The notes beneath the pieces were generated by a model. It did not search any database, was not told the origin of the DNA, and was given only the letters and a program-made list of their open reading frames with translations. Of a stretch of 64,000 nt of DNA, positions 30,700-40,109 are shown piece by piece; the stretch's first letter is position 1, and every line of letters starts with the position of its first letter. The translations under genes were made by a program, and so were the position numbers. The stretch comes from a bacterium. Lineage in GTDB: Bacteria > Zhuqueibacterota > Zhuqueibacteria > Residuimicrobiales > Krinioviventaceae. Where the stretch lies: the NCBI GenBank assembly GCA_963693055.1, contig OY843751.1:6016001-6080000 (forward strand), read 5' to 3'.

Positions 30700-30772
30700 G
30701 GCGCTTTAGCTCAGTCGGTAGAGCAAGGGACTGAAAATCCCTGTGTCCCCAGTTCGATTCTGGGAGGCGCCA
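30700..30772 (+). tRNA. tRNA-Phe(GAA), CCA not encoded
   Basis: Acceptor GGCGCTT/AGGCGCC, D-arm GCTC..GAGC, anticodon arm AGGGA-CTGAAAA-TCCCT, T-arm CCCAG-TTCGATT-CTGGG. Confidence 0.97.
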
Positions 30773-30777
30773 CTTTT

Positions 30778-30808
30778 AAACCCTGTCTATTAGATAGGGT
30801 TTTTTTTT
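30778..30808 (+). terminator. Intrinsic terminator of tRNA-Phe
   Basis: AAACCCTGTCT-ATT-AGATAGGGTTT followed by a T run. Confidence 0.85.
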
Positions 30809-31184
30809 ATCCATACCTTGACTAAATAAATTTTTTTTAAATTCTATATCTTGATTAACATTCTATGTATTCTTATACATATCTTTCCTTCAAAAAGATC
30901 ATTCCATATTATATATAATATATATATATATTATAAAAGATTAGTTATAGTAGGTAACGTGGATATGTTGATAACTTTTAAAACAGGACGTATATCCTTA
31001 AAAAATAGTTGGAGAATACAATATTTATTCACATTTTGATGTGAATGGATTGTGGATCATTCTTGCTTTACTAACCAATGTGTAAAAGTATTTTTAGCTA
31101 TGTGGGTTGTTTTTGAGTAATTCACATACTATACACTTGTTTTCGGGGATAATCAAGAGTTATCCATATTTCAAGTGTTAATAA
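30807..31184. other. Probable chromosomal replication origin (oriC)
   Basis: AT-only tract 30906-30938; TAG trios 30942-30953; tandem boxes CGTGGATAT/TGTTGATAA 30958-30974; further DnaA-box-like 9-mers at 30807, 31025, 31051, 31118, 31144, 31160; gene orientation flips here. Confidence 0.75.
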
Positions 31185-31222
31185 GTTAAAATATAATTTA
31201 AATTAAAGAAAAATATATAGTT

Positions 31223-32482
31223 ATGAATAATAATTTTTACAATAAATTTGACATTGAAACCTTTGAAAAACGTGATACTGATTATCGAACACCTTTTCAA
31301 ATTGACCGTGACAGAATTATCCACAGTTTTGCTTTTAGAAGGCTGCAGGCAAAAACTCAGGTTTTCTTTTCCGGTGAATATGATTTTTACAGAACGCGTC
31401 TGACACATTCGATCGAAGTTGCTCAAATTGGTAGATCCATTTGTAATTCTTTAAAAAATTCCAGCAAATATCTTGATGATACTTTTTATATAGATGCGGA
31501 TTTGGTAGAAGCTGCGTGCCTGGCACATGATCTGGGCCATCCGCCTTTTGGCCATGCTGGTGAAAGTAAGCTGAATTTGCTTATGCGCCCTTATGGTGGC
31601 TTTGAAGGTAACGCCCAAACGTTACGGTTTTTAACTGACACTATATATTCCAGTCATGGGCACCGAAAAGGAATGAAACCAACACGAGCATTTATAGATA
31701 GTATATTAAAGTATAAAGAATTATTCAATGAAAAAAAGAAACCCAAAAACCATTTTCTTTATACGGACCAGCAGGAAATACTGGATTTTGTTTTTAATCG
31801 GTCACCATTTCCGGAAGATATTACTCCGCGAATAAATAAATTCCGAAGCATTGAATGTCAGATCATGGACTGGTCTGATGATACTTCGTATTCTTTGAAC
31901 GATATGGTTGACAGTATAAAAACCGGTTTTATTACCCTTGAAAAAATAGAAAAATGGGAAAATGATCAACAACTGTCAGATCCGGATGAAATAGAAATAG
32001 TAAAGAGTGTTAAAGAGATAATCCGTTCCGGAAGTATTGAAAGTCGATTCGGTATGAAAATCGGCGAGTTTATTAAAGCTTGTCACTTGCAGGAAAAACA
32101 AGGCTTTATGAGTGATAAAACCAATAGATATAAATTTGATCTGGTGATTGATCCCGCGGTTCAAAAAGAGTGTAATGTATATAAAAGAATTTCTAAAGAT
32201 ATTGTTTTTGATTCTCCACAGATAAGTCAGCTCGAATACAAGGGGCACTTTATGCTGGAGCGCATTTTTGAAGCGCTTTTAAATAATTATATTGAAAAGA
32301 AAACTGAATTTCTTTTGCTGCCTGATGATATGGAAAGAGTGATACATGCTGATATATTGGATAATGTGAAAAAAATTAGAATGCTTTGCGATTATATTGC
32401 GGGTATGACTGATCGATATGCTGCCAGATTTTATAAACGGTTATTTGATCCGGATTTTGGCTCGATTGTAGATTTGGTCTAG
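31223..32482 (+). CDS. dgt: Deoxyguanosinetriphosphate triphosphohydrolase (HD family dGTPase)
   Basis: DRDRIIHSFAFRRLQAKTQVF, RTRLTHSIEV, HDLGHPPFGHAGE, FEGNAQ, CDYIAGMTD. Confidence 0.93.
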   Translation: MNNNFYNKFDIETFEKRDTDYRTPFQIDRDRIIHSFAFRRLQAKTQVFFSGEYDFYRTRLTHSIEVAQIGRSICNSLKNSSKYLDDTFYIDADLVEAACLAHDLGHPPFGHAGESKLNLLMRPYGGFEGNAQTLRFLTDTIYSSHGHRKGMKPTRAFIDSILKYKELFNEKKKPKNHFLYTDQQEILDFVFNRSPFPEDITPRINKFRSIECQIMDWSDDTSYSLNDMVDSIKTGFITLEKIEKWENDQQLSDPDEIEIVKSVKEIIRSGSIESRFGMKIGEFIKACHLQEKQGFMSDKTNRYKFDLVIDPAVQKECNVYKRISKDIVFDSPQISQLEYKGHFMLERIFEALLNNYIEKKTEFLLLPDDMERVIHADILDNVKKIRMLCDYIAGMTDRYAARFYKRLFDPDFGSIVDLV

Positions 32483-32638
32483 TTTATTAAAACAGTATAT
32501 TTGAGAATTTCTATCCTATAATTACTATTCCTTTGTCATAATATTATATGTTTATATAATTGAAAAGTTTTGTATTTTTATAACTCTTGTTTAGACAGAT
32601 AAATATAGAAAATGTCAGATTTATGAATTGGAGTTGAT

Positions 32639-33838
32639 ATGAGAAAATATATACTTTTTTTACTGATATTCATCGTATTATTCTCGTGTGAAAAAAAGTA
32701 TCCTTATGGAACTGCCTGGCAATGTCACATTGTTGATAATGATTCAAGAGGAGCAGATGGGGTGCGTCTTGATGATGTGAATAGTGATGGATTAATGGAT
32801 ATTACGACTGGCTGGGAAGAAGGGGGTATTACCAAAGTTTATCTTCACCCCGGAAAAGAAAAAGCAAAAATGCCCTGGCCTTCGGTTCAGGTAGGTCGTA
32901 CCGGATCCGTAGAAGATGCGGCGTTTGTTGATTTGGATTCTGATGGTAGTATAGATGTAATTTCCTGTTGTGAAGGTAAAAATAAACGCGTGTTTGTTCA
33001 CTGGGCACCAAAAAATAAAGAACAATATCTGGACAGCTTGAAATGGGAGTATAAAAGTATACCTGTTACTGAAAACAGAATGCAATGGATGTTTTGTATG
33101 CCCATGCAAGTGGATGATGTGAATGGAATAGATTTGATATGTGCTGGAAAAAATGAAAATGCAGAACTAGGGTGGCTCGAATCACCCGTAAATCCGCGTA
33201 ACCTGGACGATTATAAATGGCATCCTATTACACCGGTAGGATGGGTTATGTCAATCATCTCCCGAGATATGGATGGAGATGGAGATGAGGATATTCTAAT
33301 ATCGGACCGCAGGGGTGAACGGAGAGGCATTCGCTGGCTGGAAAGACCAAATGATCCACAAAAAAGAGTACAGCTCTGGCGAGATCATCTGATAGGAGCC
33401 TCTGATGTTGAAGTAATGTTTATTGATGTAGTGGATATTGATAATGACAAGCAAGAGGAAATTTTAGCAACAGCAAAAAAAGATCAGATTATTATATACA
33501 AGAACCTGGGCAGTAATATTTGGGCTGAACAAAAAATATCATTTCCGGAAAATACAGGTACTGCCAAAGCAGTATCTGCTGCAGATTTTGATAAAGACGG
33601 AAAAATGGATTTAGTGTTCACGTGTGAACATGCTGAAGGAAATCGCTCAGGTGTTATGTGGTTAAAAAAAGTGGATGATCAATGGCTGCCTAATGAGATA
33701 AGCGGTCCCAAGGGAATAAAATTTGATCGTATGGAAATAATTGATTTGGATAATGATGGTGATATGGATGTTTTGACCTGTGAAGAACGTCAGGATGATA
33801 AGGGCTTGGGTGTTATATGGTATGAAAATCCGGGATGA
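32639..33838 (+). CDS. FG-GAP/VCBS-repeat beta-propeller lipoprotein
   Basis: Lipobox LFSC; repeated DxDxDGxxD motifs (DVNSDGLMD, DLDSDGSID, DMDGDGDED, DFDKDGKMD, DLDNDGDMD); ends WYENP. Confidence 0.85.
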   Translation: MRKYILFLLIFIVLFSCEKKYPYGTAWQCHIVDNDSRGADGVRLDDVNSDGLMDITTGWEEGGITKVYLHPGKEKAKMPWPSVQVGRTGSVEDAAFVDLDSDGSIDVISCCEGKNKRVFVHWAPKNKEQYLDSLKWEYKSIPVTENRMQWMFCMPMQVDDVNGIDLICAGKNENAELGWLESPVNPRNLDDYKWHPITPVGWVMSIISRDMDGDGDEDILISDRRGERRGIRWLERPNDPQKRVQLWRDHLIGASDVEVMFIDVVDIDNDKQEEILATAKKDQIIIYKNLGSNIWAEQKISFPENTGTAKAVSAADFDKDGKMDLVFTCEHAEGNRSGVMWLKKVDDQWLPNEISGPKGIKFDRMEIIDLDNDGDMDVLTCEERQDDKGLGVIWYENPG

Positions 33839-33934
33839 AAATAATTATTTATTTATTATAACGTTTATGAAATTTTATACTATATTTAGTTGTTAACTTG
33901 GTTTCATACAATTAAAAAAAATCAGGACGGTAAT

Positions 33935-35158
33935 ATGCATATTGCATATATACATCAGTATTTTCATACTCCGGCAGGTGGTGCGGGAACGCGTTCATAT
34001 GAATGGGCACTCAAACTCATTCAAGCAGGTCACAAAGTAACCATGATCACGTCGGCAAATCATAAAGATTTTAGTCACATTGATACCCAGTTAAATATAG
34101 TAGATGGTAAAGATACGGTTGAAATTGATGGAATAACAGTCAAATTGATTGATTCACCTTCATCTAATTATTATAATCTTGTACAGAGAGCTAAAGCTTT
34201 TTTTAGTTTTGCGAATGCGACATATATAAAGATTATGGAATGTAAACCCGATCTTATTTTTGCAACTTCAACGCCATTGACCGTGGGTTTACCGGCAAAA
34301 AAAGCGGCAAAAAAATTGGGTGTTCCTTTTGTATTTGAAGTAAGAGATCTTTGGCCGGAATTGATATTTGCCTTGGGGGCCGTGAAAAATCCACTTGCCA
34401 GACGCTATCTGATCAATATGGAACATTCCATTTACAACGCTTCAAAACATATAGTTGCGCTTTCTCCGGGAATGAAAGATGGAATTGCAAGAACAGGTTG
34501 CCCAAAAGAAAAAATAAGTATAATTCCAAATTGCTGTGATCTGGATTTATTCAAGCCTCATGAAGGAGATAAAAAGGAATTGCCTTATGGTAATTCCGGA
34601 GATGTGAAATTTGTTTTTTCAGGAGCGCACGGACGTGCCAATGGGCTTGATGCGGTATTGGATGGAATTGCTGAATTGAAACGCCGGCAGTTCAAAGGGG
34701 TACATTTTGTTTTTATTGGTACAGGTAACCAAAAAGAAAGATTGATTCAACGTTCAAAAGATGAAGAATTGATGGATTATATTACCTGGGTTGGCAGGAC
34801 AGTGAAAACAGATCTTGCTGAATTATTACCACAGTTTGATGTTGGAATGATGATTCTGGCCAACATACCTGAATTTTATTATGGAACGTCACCCAATAAA
34901 TTTTTTGATTACATATCCAGTGGGATACCGGTATTAAATAATTATCCGGGTTGGCTTGCGGATATGATCAGTGAAAATCAGTGTGGAATGGTCTGTAAAC
35001 CCGATGATGCTGTTGATTTTGCAGATACGGTAGAAAAATTTGTAAAATCAAATGATAGAAAAAAAATGGGTATGAATGCAAGAAAATTGGCAGAAAGTGA
35101 ATTTTCGAGAAATAAACTTGGCGATGTATTTGTCCAAGTATTAGAATCGAACAGATAA
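33935..35158 (+). CDS. GT4 family glycosyltransferase (WbuB-like)
   Basis: QYFHTP..GTRSYE, ATSTPLTV, FEVRDLWPE, SPNKFFDY..G.PV; ATG at 33935 with upstream AGGA. Confidence 0.88.
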   Translation: MHIAYIHQYFHTPAGGAGTRSYEWALKLIQAGHKVTMITSANHKDFSHIDTQLNIVDGKDTVEIDGITVKLIDSPSSNYYNLVQRAKAFFSFANATYIKIMECKPDLIFATSTPLTVGLPAKKAAKKLGVPFVFEVRDLWPELIFALGAVKNPLARRYLINMEHSIYNASKHIVALSPGMKDGIARTGCPKEKISIIPNCCDLDLFKPHEGDKKELPYGNSGDVKFVFSGAHGRANGLDAVLDGIAELKRRQFKGVHFVFIGTGNQKERLIQRSKDEELMDYITWVGRTVKTDLAELLPQFDVGMMILANIPEFYYGTSPNKFFDYISSGIPVLNNYPGWLADMISENQCGMVCKPDDAVDFADTVEKFVKSNDRKKMGMNARKLAESEFSRNKLGDVFVQVLESNR

Positions 35159-35191
35159 AATACTCTATTCCGGAATATTAAGGAGCAAAAA

Positions 35192-36538
35192 ATGTCATGG
35201 GACGAGGAATTAAGAAGCAATGCTTTTTGGTTTATTGATAGATTCAAAGGACGAGGTGTTTATAATCATTTAACAGAAATGGAACAAGCCTTTAAAGATC
35301 CGCTGTCTTTTGAAAAAGTCAATCAACAACGATTAGAAAAATTGCTTGGCCATGCCTGCTCAACAACAAAGTTTTATAATCAATTTTCCGGTTTTAATTC
35401 TATACATGATTTTCCGGTAATCACCAAAAATGAACTCAAAGCCAATTACGATGATCTTTTTTCTTCCTTGTACAAAAAAAATGATCTGGTAACACGTACC
35501 ACAAGTGGTTCTTATGGTATTCCTTTTACCTATTATATGACCCGTGAAAAATACAATAAGCGAGTTGCGGAACTTTTGTTTTTTAACGGTTGGGCAGGAT
35601 ACAAGCTGGGTATGCGGTATGGGCATATTCGTCCACAATATCTTCCCAAAAAACAACGGTTATTTAATAATACTTTATATATTGATCCCAGCAGAATTGA
35701 TGAACAATGGCTTGAAACACAGCGAAAGAATTTAAAAAATCACCGCGTCAAATTTTTGGTATGTTACCCCATAAATCTTTCTTATATCGTACAGTATTGT
35801 GAATCCAAAGGTGACACACCGGATATGTTTCATTTAAAAGGAGTTATTTGCAGTGCCGAAAAACTTACATCGTCTGTTAAAGAACGGGCTCAACGGATTT
35901 TAGGTTGTACTGTATTGGATAGATATTCTTCTCAGGAATTGGGTGTTATTGCACATCAAAATCGAGATCAGGAAAGTTATTCTGTAAATTTCACTTCACA
36001 TTTTATTGAAATTTTAAAATTTGACAAGGATGAACCCGTAGATCCCGGAGAATCCGGTAGAATTGTAGCAACAGACATGTTCTCATATGCTATGCCGCTT
36101 GTGCGATTTGAAGTTGGAGACAGTGCACAATTGTATGAAAAAACGGATAATCCCATAATGCAGATAAAAGCTATTAACGGGCGAATTGTTGAGGCGGTTT
36201 ATACTCCAAAAGGAGAGAGTGTCAACCATTCTGCATTGTATGGTGTTATTGACAAGGACGAAATCCTTCCGGATAAAATCTTTCAATACCAGTTTATTCA
36301 GGAAACACGTGATGGATATCGTGTAAAATTACAACCCAAACCGAATTATGATAACGAAACGGAAAGACACCTTCTTCAGCGATATAAAAACCTGTTTGGG
36401 GAGGAAGCAAATTTTACCATCGAATATGTGGATTCAATACCGCCTATGCGTTCAGGCAAGCGCAGTATATTTATTAATAATTATAATAAAGGTAACCTGG
36501 AGAGAGATGGAGAGGTTTTACCCTTTCTTGAAAAATAG
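35192..36538 (+). CDS. Phenylacetate-CoA ligase/CapK-like adenylate-forming enzyme (copy 1)
   Basis: FPVITK, TTSGSYGIP, YSSQELG, YAMPLVRFEVGD, GR, SGKR. Confidence 0.82.
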   Translation: MSWDEELRSNAFWFIDRFKGRGVYNHLTEMEQAFKDPLSFEKVNQQRLEKLLGHACSTTKFYNQFSGFNSIHDFPVITKNELKANYDDLFSSLYKKNDLVTRTTSGSYGIPFTYYMTREKYNKRVAELLFFNGWAGYKLGMRYGHIRPQYLPKKQRLFNNTLYIDPSRIDEQWLETQRKNLKNHRVKFLVCYPINLSYIVQYCESKGDTPDMFHLKGVICSAEKLTSSVKERAQRILGCTVLDRYSSQELGVIAHQNRDQESYSVNFTSHFIEILKFDKDEPVDPGESGRIVATDMFSYAMPLVRFEVGDSAQLYEKTDNPIMQIKAINGRIVEAVYTPKGESVNHSALYGVIDKDEILPDKIFQYQFIQETRDGYRVKLQPKPNYDNETERHLLQRYKNLFGEEANFTIEYVDSIPPMRSGKRSIFINNYNKGNLERDGEVLPFLEK

Positions 36539-36551
36539 ATAGATTTACCAT

Positions 36552-36585
36552 AAAAAAGCCGGATAGTTAATATCCGACTTTTTTT
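36552..36585. terminator. Bidirectional terminator between convergent genes
   Basis: AAAAAAGCCGGATA-GTTAA-TATCCGACTTTTTTT. Confidence 0.75.
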
Positions 36586-36627
36586 GTTTAAACTAAATCT
36601 CAAGTAGTGTAGAAAAAGTATGTCAAA

Positions 36628-37335
36628 TTATGTTAATAGATTATAAGCAAATGCTGCAAGCAAGGCACCGGTAACAGGACCAGCAATAGGAACCCAGGCA
36701 TATGCCCAGTCACTATTTGCTTTATTTGGGATGGGTAGTATAGCATGCATAATACGGGGTCCCAGATCACGGGCAGGATTTATTGCATATCCTGTTGTTC
36801 CACCCAAAGATAAACCAATTGCAAAAACCAACAGAGCAACTGGAAGCGCACTGAGAGCGCCCAAGCCAACATCAGGTGCGGCAATATAAATTACTGCAAA
36901 CACCAATATAAATGTTCCAATGGCTTCTGAAATAAAATTATCAAAATAGTTACGATATTGAGGGGCTGTAACAAAGACATAGAGTTTGAGATCTTTTTCT
37001 TCAGTATTTGCAAAATGTTGACGGTAATGGATCCAAACCAATGTTGCACCAATCATGGCACCAATCATTTGGGCAAGAATATATTGCGGTACCAGTGCCC
37101 ATGAAAATTTTCCGGCTGCAGCCAGACCAATTGTCACTGCGGGATTTATGTGCGCTCCGCTGAATGAGGAAACTGTAAAAACCGCTGTAAAAACACCCAT
37201 TCCCCAACCAAAGGTTACAACAATCCAACCGGCCTTGTTTCCTTTGGTATTGTTTAGCAATACATTGGCACAAACACCACCACCCAATAAAATTAAAATC
37301 GCTGTACCAATGATTTCCGCTGTAAATGCAGACAT
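36628..37335 (-). CDS. MIP family aquaglyceroporin (GlpF-like)
   Basis: SGAHINPAVT and GYAINPARDLGPR NPA boxes. Confidence 0.92.
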   Translation of the reverse strand: MSAFTAEIIGTAILILLGGGVCANVLLNNTKGNKAGWIVVTFGWGMGVFTAVFTVSSFSGAHINPAVTIGLAAAGKFSWALVPQYILAQMIGAMIGATLVWIHYRQHFANTEEKDLKLYVFVTAPQYRNYFDNFISEAIGTFILVFAVIYIAAPDVGLGALSALPVALLVFAIGLSLGGTTGYAINPARDLGPRIMHAILPIPNKANSDWAYAWVPIAGPVTGALLAAFAYNLLT

Positions 37336-37636
37336 TTCTGGACCTCCACTTTTGAATAGTATAATAAGAATAAAATATTTTGATATGGATCCGAATAATA
37401 ATTGCGATTTTGAAGGAACGGGTTTAGAATATTATATACAGGCAGTGAAATAAATAAAATCTAAACAGGTATACATTTTTAACTAATTTATAATAATTTT
37501 ACAAGATATTGGTTTGCGACTATTTTCGCAAGCAAAAAGAATACTGTTTTTAATAAAAATCTATTGAATATCTATTTTTGTAATGTTGTTGAAAGTGATG
37601 TAAAAAGTTGATATATTTTGCAAAAACGGAGGCCTA

Positions 37637-39661
37637 ATGAAACGTCTTTTTTTCGTACTGATTATATTTTCATTATCTATTCAGTTATGGGGAGGAGTAG
37701 TGAATAAAACCCAAATTCAAAATACGGTTGATGCTATTGTAAAAACACATGGTGCTGATCAACAGCAGCGGGCACAAACAGGTGTTCAGCAGGCAGCTGC
37801 TTTATGGATGGAGCAGGATGGCACCCCTGAACAATTTAAAGAGTTTTGTGTAGATAATTTTATTTCTGACAATAAAACGCTTGATCAAACTTTTCAACGC
37901 TTTCAAAACAATATGGAGATGTTGTGGGGACACAATCATGAAATTAATCGCTTTTGGTCAAAACCTATTACTCTTCAAGTCGGAGAGGTATTACCTGTTG
38001 ATTATCTGTTCGCTGAATATGATCCTTTTGCTCATATAGAAGATGATTTGTTTAAAACCAAACTGGCGTTTGTTGTTCTTTTGAATTTTGAACAAAAGGA
38101 TCTAAATACCAAACTTGAGCAAGGTGATCATTGGGACCGTAAAGAATGGGCTATGGCCCGTCTGGCAGAATTAACCGAAACCCGGGTACCTGCTGAAGTA
38201 AATCAGTCTCTTGCAAGCGCTTCTGTTCAGGTGGATGATTATATTGCAAATTATAATATTGTGATGAACAGTTTGGTGAATGATAAAAATGAGCGTTTGT
38301 TTCCCACAGGATTAAAGTTGATCAGCCACTGGGGATTAAGAGACGAGTTGAAATCTCATTATGGTCAAAAAGACGGGCTCCCAAAACAAGAGATGATTTA
38401 CAATGTTATGCTACATATTATCCGTCAGGATATTCCTAAACAAATCATCAATAGCGATGCAATGGACTGGAATCCGTTTACCAATACGCTTTATAAAGAG
38501 GGTAACGAAGTAACAGCAATACCAGAACCCGATACACGCTATCAACATTGGTTAAATGTTTTCCATGCCCAGCAAAAGGCTGATCCCTATTATCCTAATT
38601 ACCCAACACAAATTGATCGGCGTTTTAACCGTTATCGTGAAATTCCTGAGGAAAAAGTAGAGGCGTTGTTGCATTCGGTTTTGACAGCACCCATTGCTCA
38701 AGAAACAGCAGCGTTTATTAAAACCAGATTGGGTAGAGATTTACAGCCTTTTGATATCTGGTACGATGGATTTAAAGCACGAAGCGGCATTGACCAGGCA
38801 GAACTGGACAGGATAGTTGGTGAAAAGTATCCGTCTGTTGCCGCATTTCAGGCAGACCTGCCAAATATTTTGCAAAACCTTGATTTTGATAAAGAAACTG
38901 CCGAATATCTGGCAAGCAAGATTACCGTTGATCCTTCACGTGGTGCAGGACATGCATCCGGAGCAATGCGTAAAGATGATAACGCGCATTTGAGAACACG
39001 CATACCCGAAACGGGAATGAAATACAAGGGATACAATATTGCAATACATGAACTGGGCCACAATGTAGAGCAGGTATTGTCTCTGAACAAGATGGACCAG
39101 TATATGCTTTTTGGTGTACCCAATACCGCTTTTACAGAAGCATTTGCTTTTGTGTTTCAATCTCGTGATTTGGAATTATTGGGTGCAGCTAAAAATGATC
39201 CCACTACCAGATATTTAAAAGCGCTTGATACCTACTGGTCTACCTGTGAGATATCAGCGGTGAGTCTGGTTGATATGCGGGCATGGCGATGGTTGTACGA
39301 TCATCCACAAGCATCACCCGCGGAATTTAAAGTGGCAGTTATTGATATTGCTAAAGATGTTTGGAACACTTATTTTGCCCCGTTAATTGGTGTTAAAGAC
39401 AGTGAGATTCTGGCTATCTATTCACATCTGGTTGCATATGGATTATACACCCCGGATTATGCTTTGGGACATATGATCATGTATCAGATAGAACAATATC
39501 TTGTGGGAAAACAGCTGGGTGTTGAAATGGAACGCATGTGCCGTATTGGTCGAGTAGCGCCAGACACCTGGATGAAACAGGCAGTTGATAATCCCTTATC
39601 CGCACAACCCCTCATTGAATCTGCAAAAGAAGCGTTACAGGTTCTAAAACAACAGATATAG
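37637..39661 (+). CDS. Exported putative zinc metallopeptidase (gluzincin-like)
   Basis: Signal peptide; HELGH followed by FTEAFA as candidate third ligand. Confidence 0.6.
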   Translation: MKRLFFVLIIFSLSIQLWGGVVNKTQIQNTVDAIVKTHGADQQQRAQTGVQQAAALWMEQDGTPEQFKEFCVDNFISDNKTLDQTFQRFQNNMEMLWGHNHEINRFWSKPITLQVGEVLPVDYLFAEYDPFAHIEDDLFKTKLAFVVLLNFEQKDLNTKLEQGDHWDRKEWAMARLAELTETRVPAEVNQSLASASVQVDDYIANYNIVMNSLVNDKNERLFPTGLKLISHWGLRDELKSHYGQKDGLPKQEMIYNVMLHIIRQDIPKQIINSDAMDWNPFTNTLYKEGNEVTAIPEPDTRYQHWLNVFHAQQKADPYYPNYPTQIDRRFNRYREIPEEKVEALLHSVLTAPIAQETAAFIKTRLGRDLQPFDIWYDGFKARSGIDQAELDRIVGEKYPSVAAFQADLPNILQNLDFDKETAEYLASKITVDPSRGAGHASGAMRKDDNAHLRTRIPETGMKYKGYNIAIHELGHNVEQVLSLNKMDQYMLFGVPNTAFTEAFAFVFQSRDLELLGAAKNDPTTRYLKALDTYWSTCEISAVSLVDMRAWRWLYDHPQASPAEFKVAVIDIAKDVWNTYFAPLIGVKDSEILAIYSHLVAYGLYTPDYALGHMIMYQIEQYLVGKQLGVEMERMCRIGRVAPDTWMKQAVDNPLSAQPLIESAKEALQVLKQQI

Positions 39662-39667
39662 ACTTTG

Positions 39668-39696
39668 AGCGTGACAGAAATACTTTCTGTCACGCT
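39668..39696. repeat. REP-like palindrome copy 1 (also plausible terminator)
   Basis: AGCGTGACAGAAA-TAC-TTTCTGTCACGCT, perfect 13-bp arms. Confidence 0.7.
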
Positions 39697-39709
39697 TTTG
39701 ATAAATAAC

Positions 39710-39777
39710 TTGTAAAAACGAAAAAAATGGTTTATATTGACCTATATAATAGGTCATAAAACCTATATAGTAGGTCG
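39710..39777 (+). promoter_or_regulatory. Promoter with two tandem palindromic operators
   Basis: TTGTAA-17 bp-TATATT; TGACCTAT-ATA-ATAGGTCA (39738-39756) and second ACCTA-TATAG-TAGGT (39761-39775), 21 bp period. Confidence 0.7.
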
Positions 39778-39779
39778 AT

Positions 39780-40109
39780 ATGCTAGAAGTATTATTGGGG
39801 TCTAAAAATAGAGAGCGAATTCTGTTGTATTTGGTTTTTCGTAAGGAAGGTTATGCAAGAGAAATTGCACGATATTTTCATACGGATGTAAATCAAATCC
39901 AAAAGCAATTGGAACGTCTTGAAACCGGAGGTATCTTGTTTAGTCGCACTGTTGGTAAAACCAGATTATATGCGATGAATCCCAGATATCCATTTTTAAA
40001 AGAACTTGAAATTCTTTTTGAAAAGTCCTTAGAATTTTATCCAGAGCAGGAAAGAGAATCTTTGCTGATGATTCGTAAACGTCCTCGTCGTAAGGATAAA
40101 CCATTATGA
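39780..40109 (+). CDS. Winged helix-turn-helix protein (putative antitoxin/regulator)
   Basis: LLGSKNRERIL, EGYAREIA, QIQKQLERLE.GGIL.S..VGKTRLY..NPRYPF. Confidence 0.8.
   Translation: MLEVLLGSKNRERILLYLVFRKEGYAREIARYFHTDVNQIQKQLERLETGGILFSRTVGKTRLYAMNPRYPFLKELEILFEKSLEFYPEQERESLLMIRKRPRRKDKPL

Noticed and set aside
30906-30938. (TA)n microsatellite as a phase-variation tract
   Set aside because: Imperfect repeat, better explained as the origin unwinding element given the adjacent trios and boxes
31178-31426. 82-aa minus-strand ORF next to oriC
   Set aside because: Mostly antisense to the dgt 5' end; no recognisable features
33615-33630. parS-like palindrome TGTTCACGTGTGAACA
   Set aside because: CACGTG core is off-centre relative to the parS consensus, and the site lies in coding sequence (VFTCEH)
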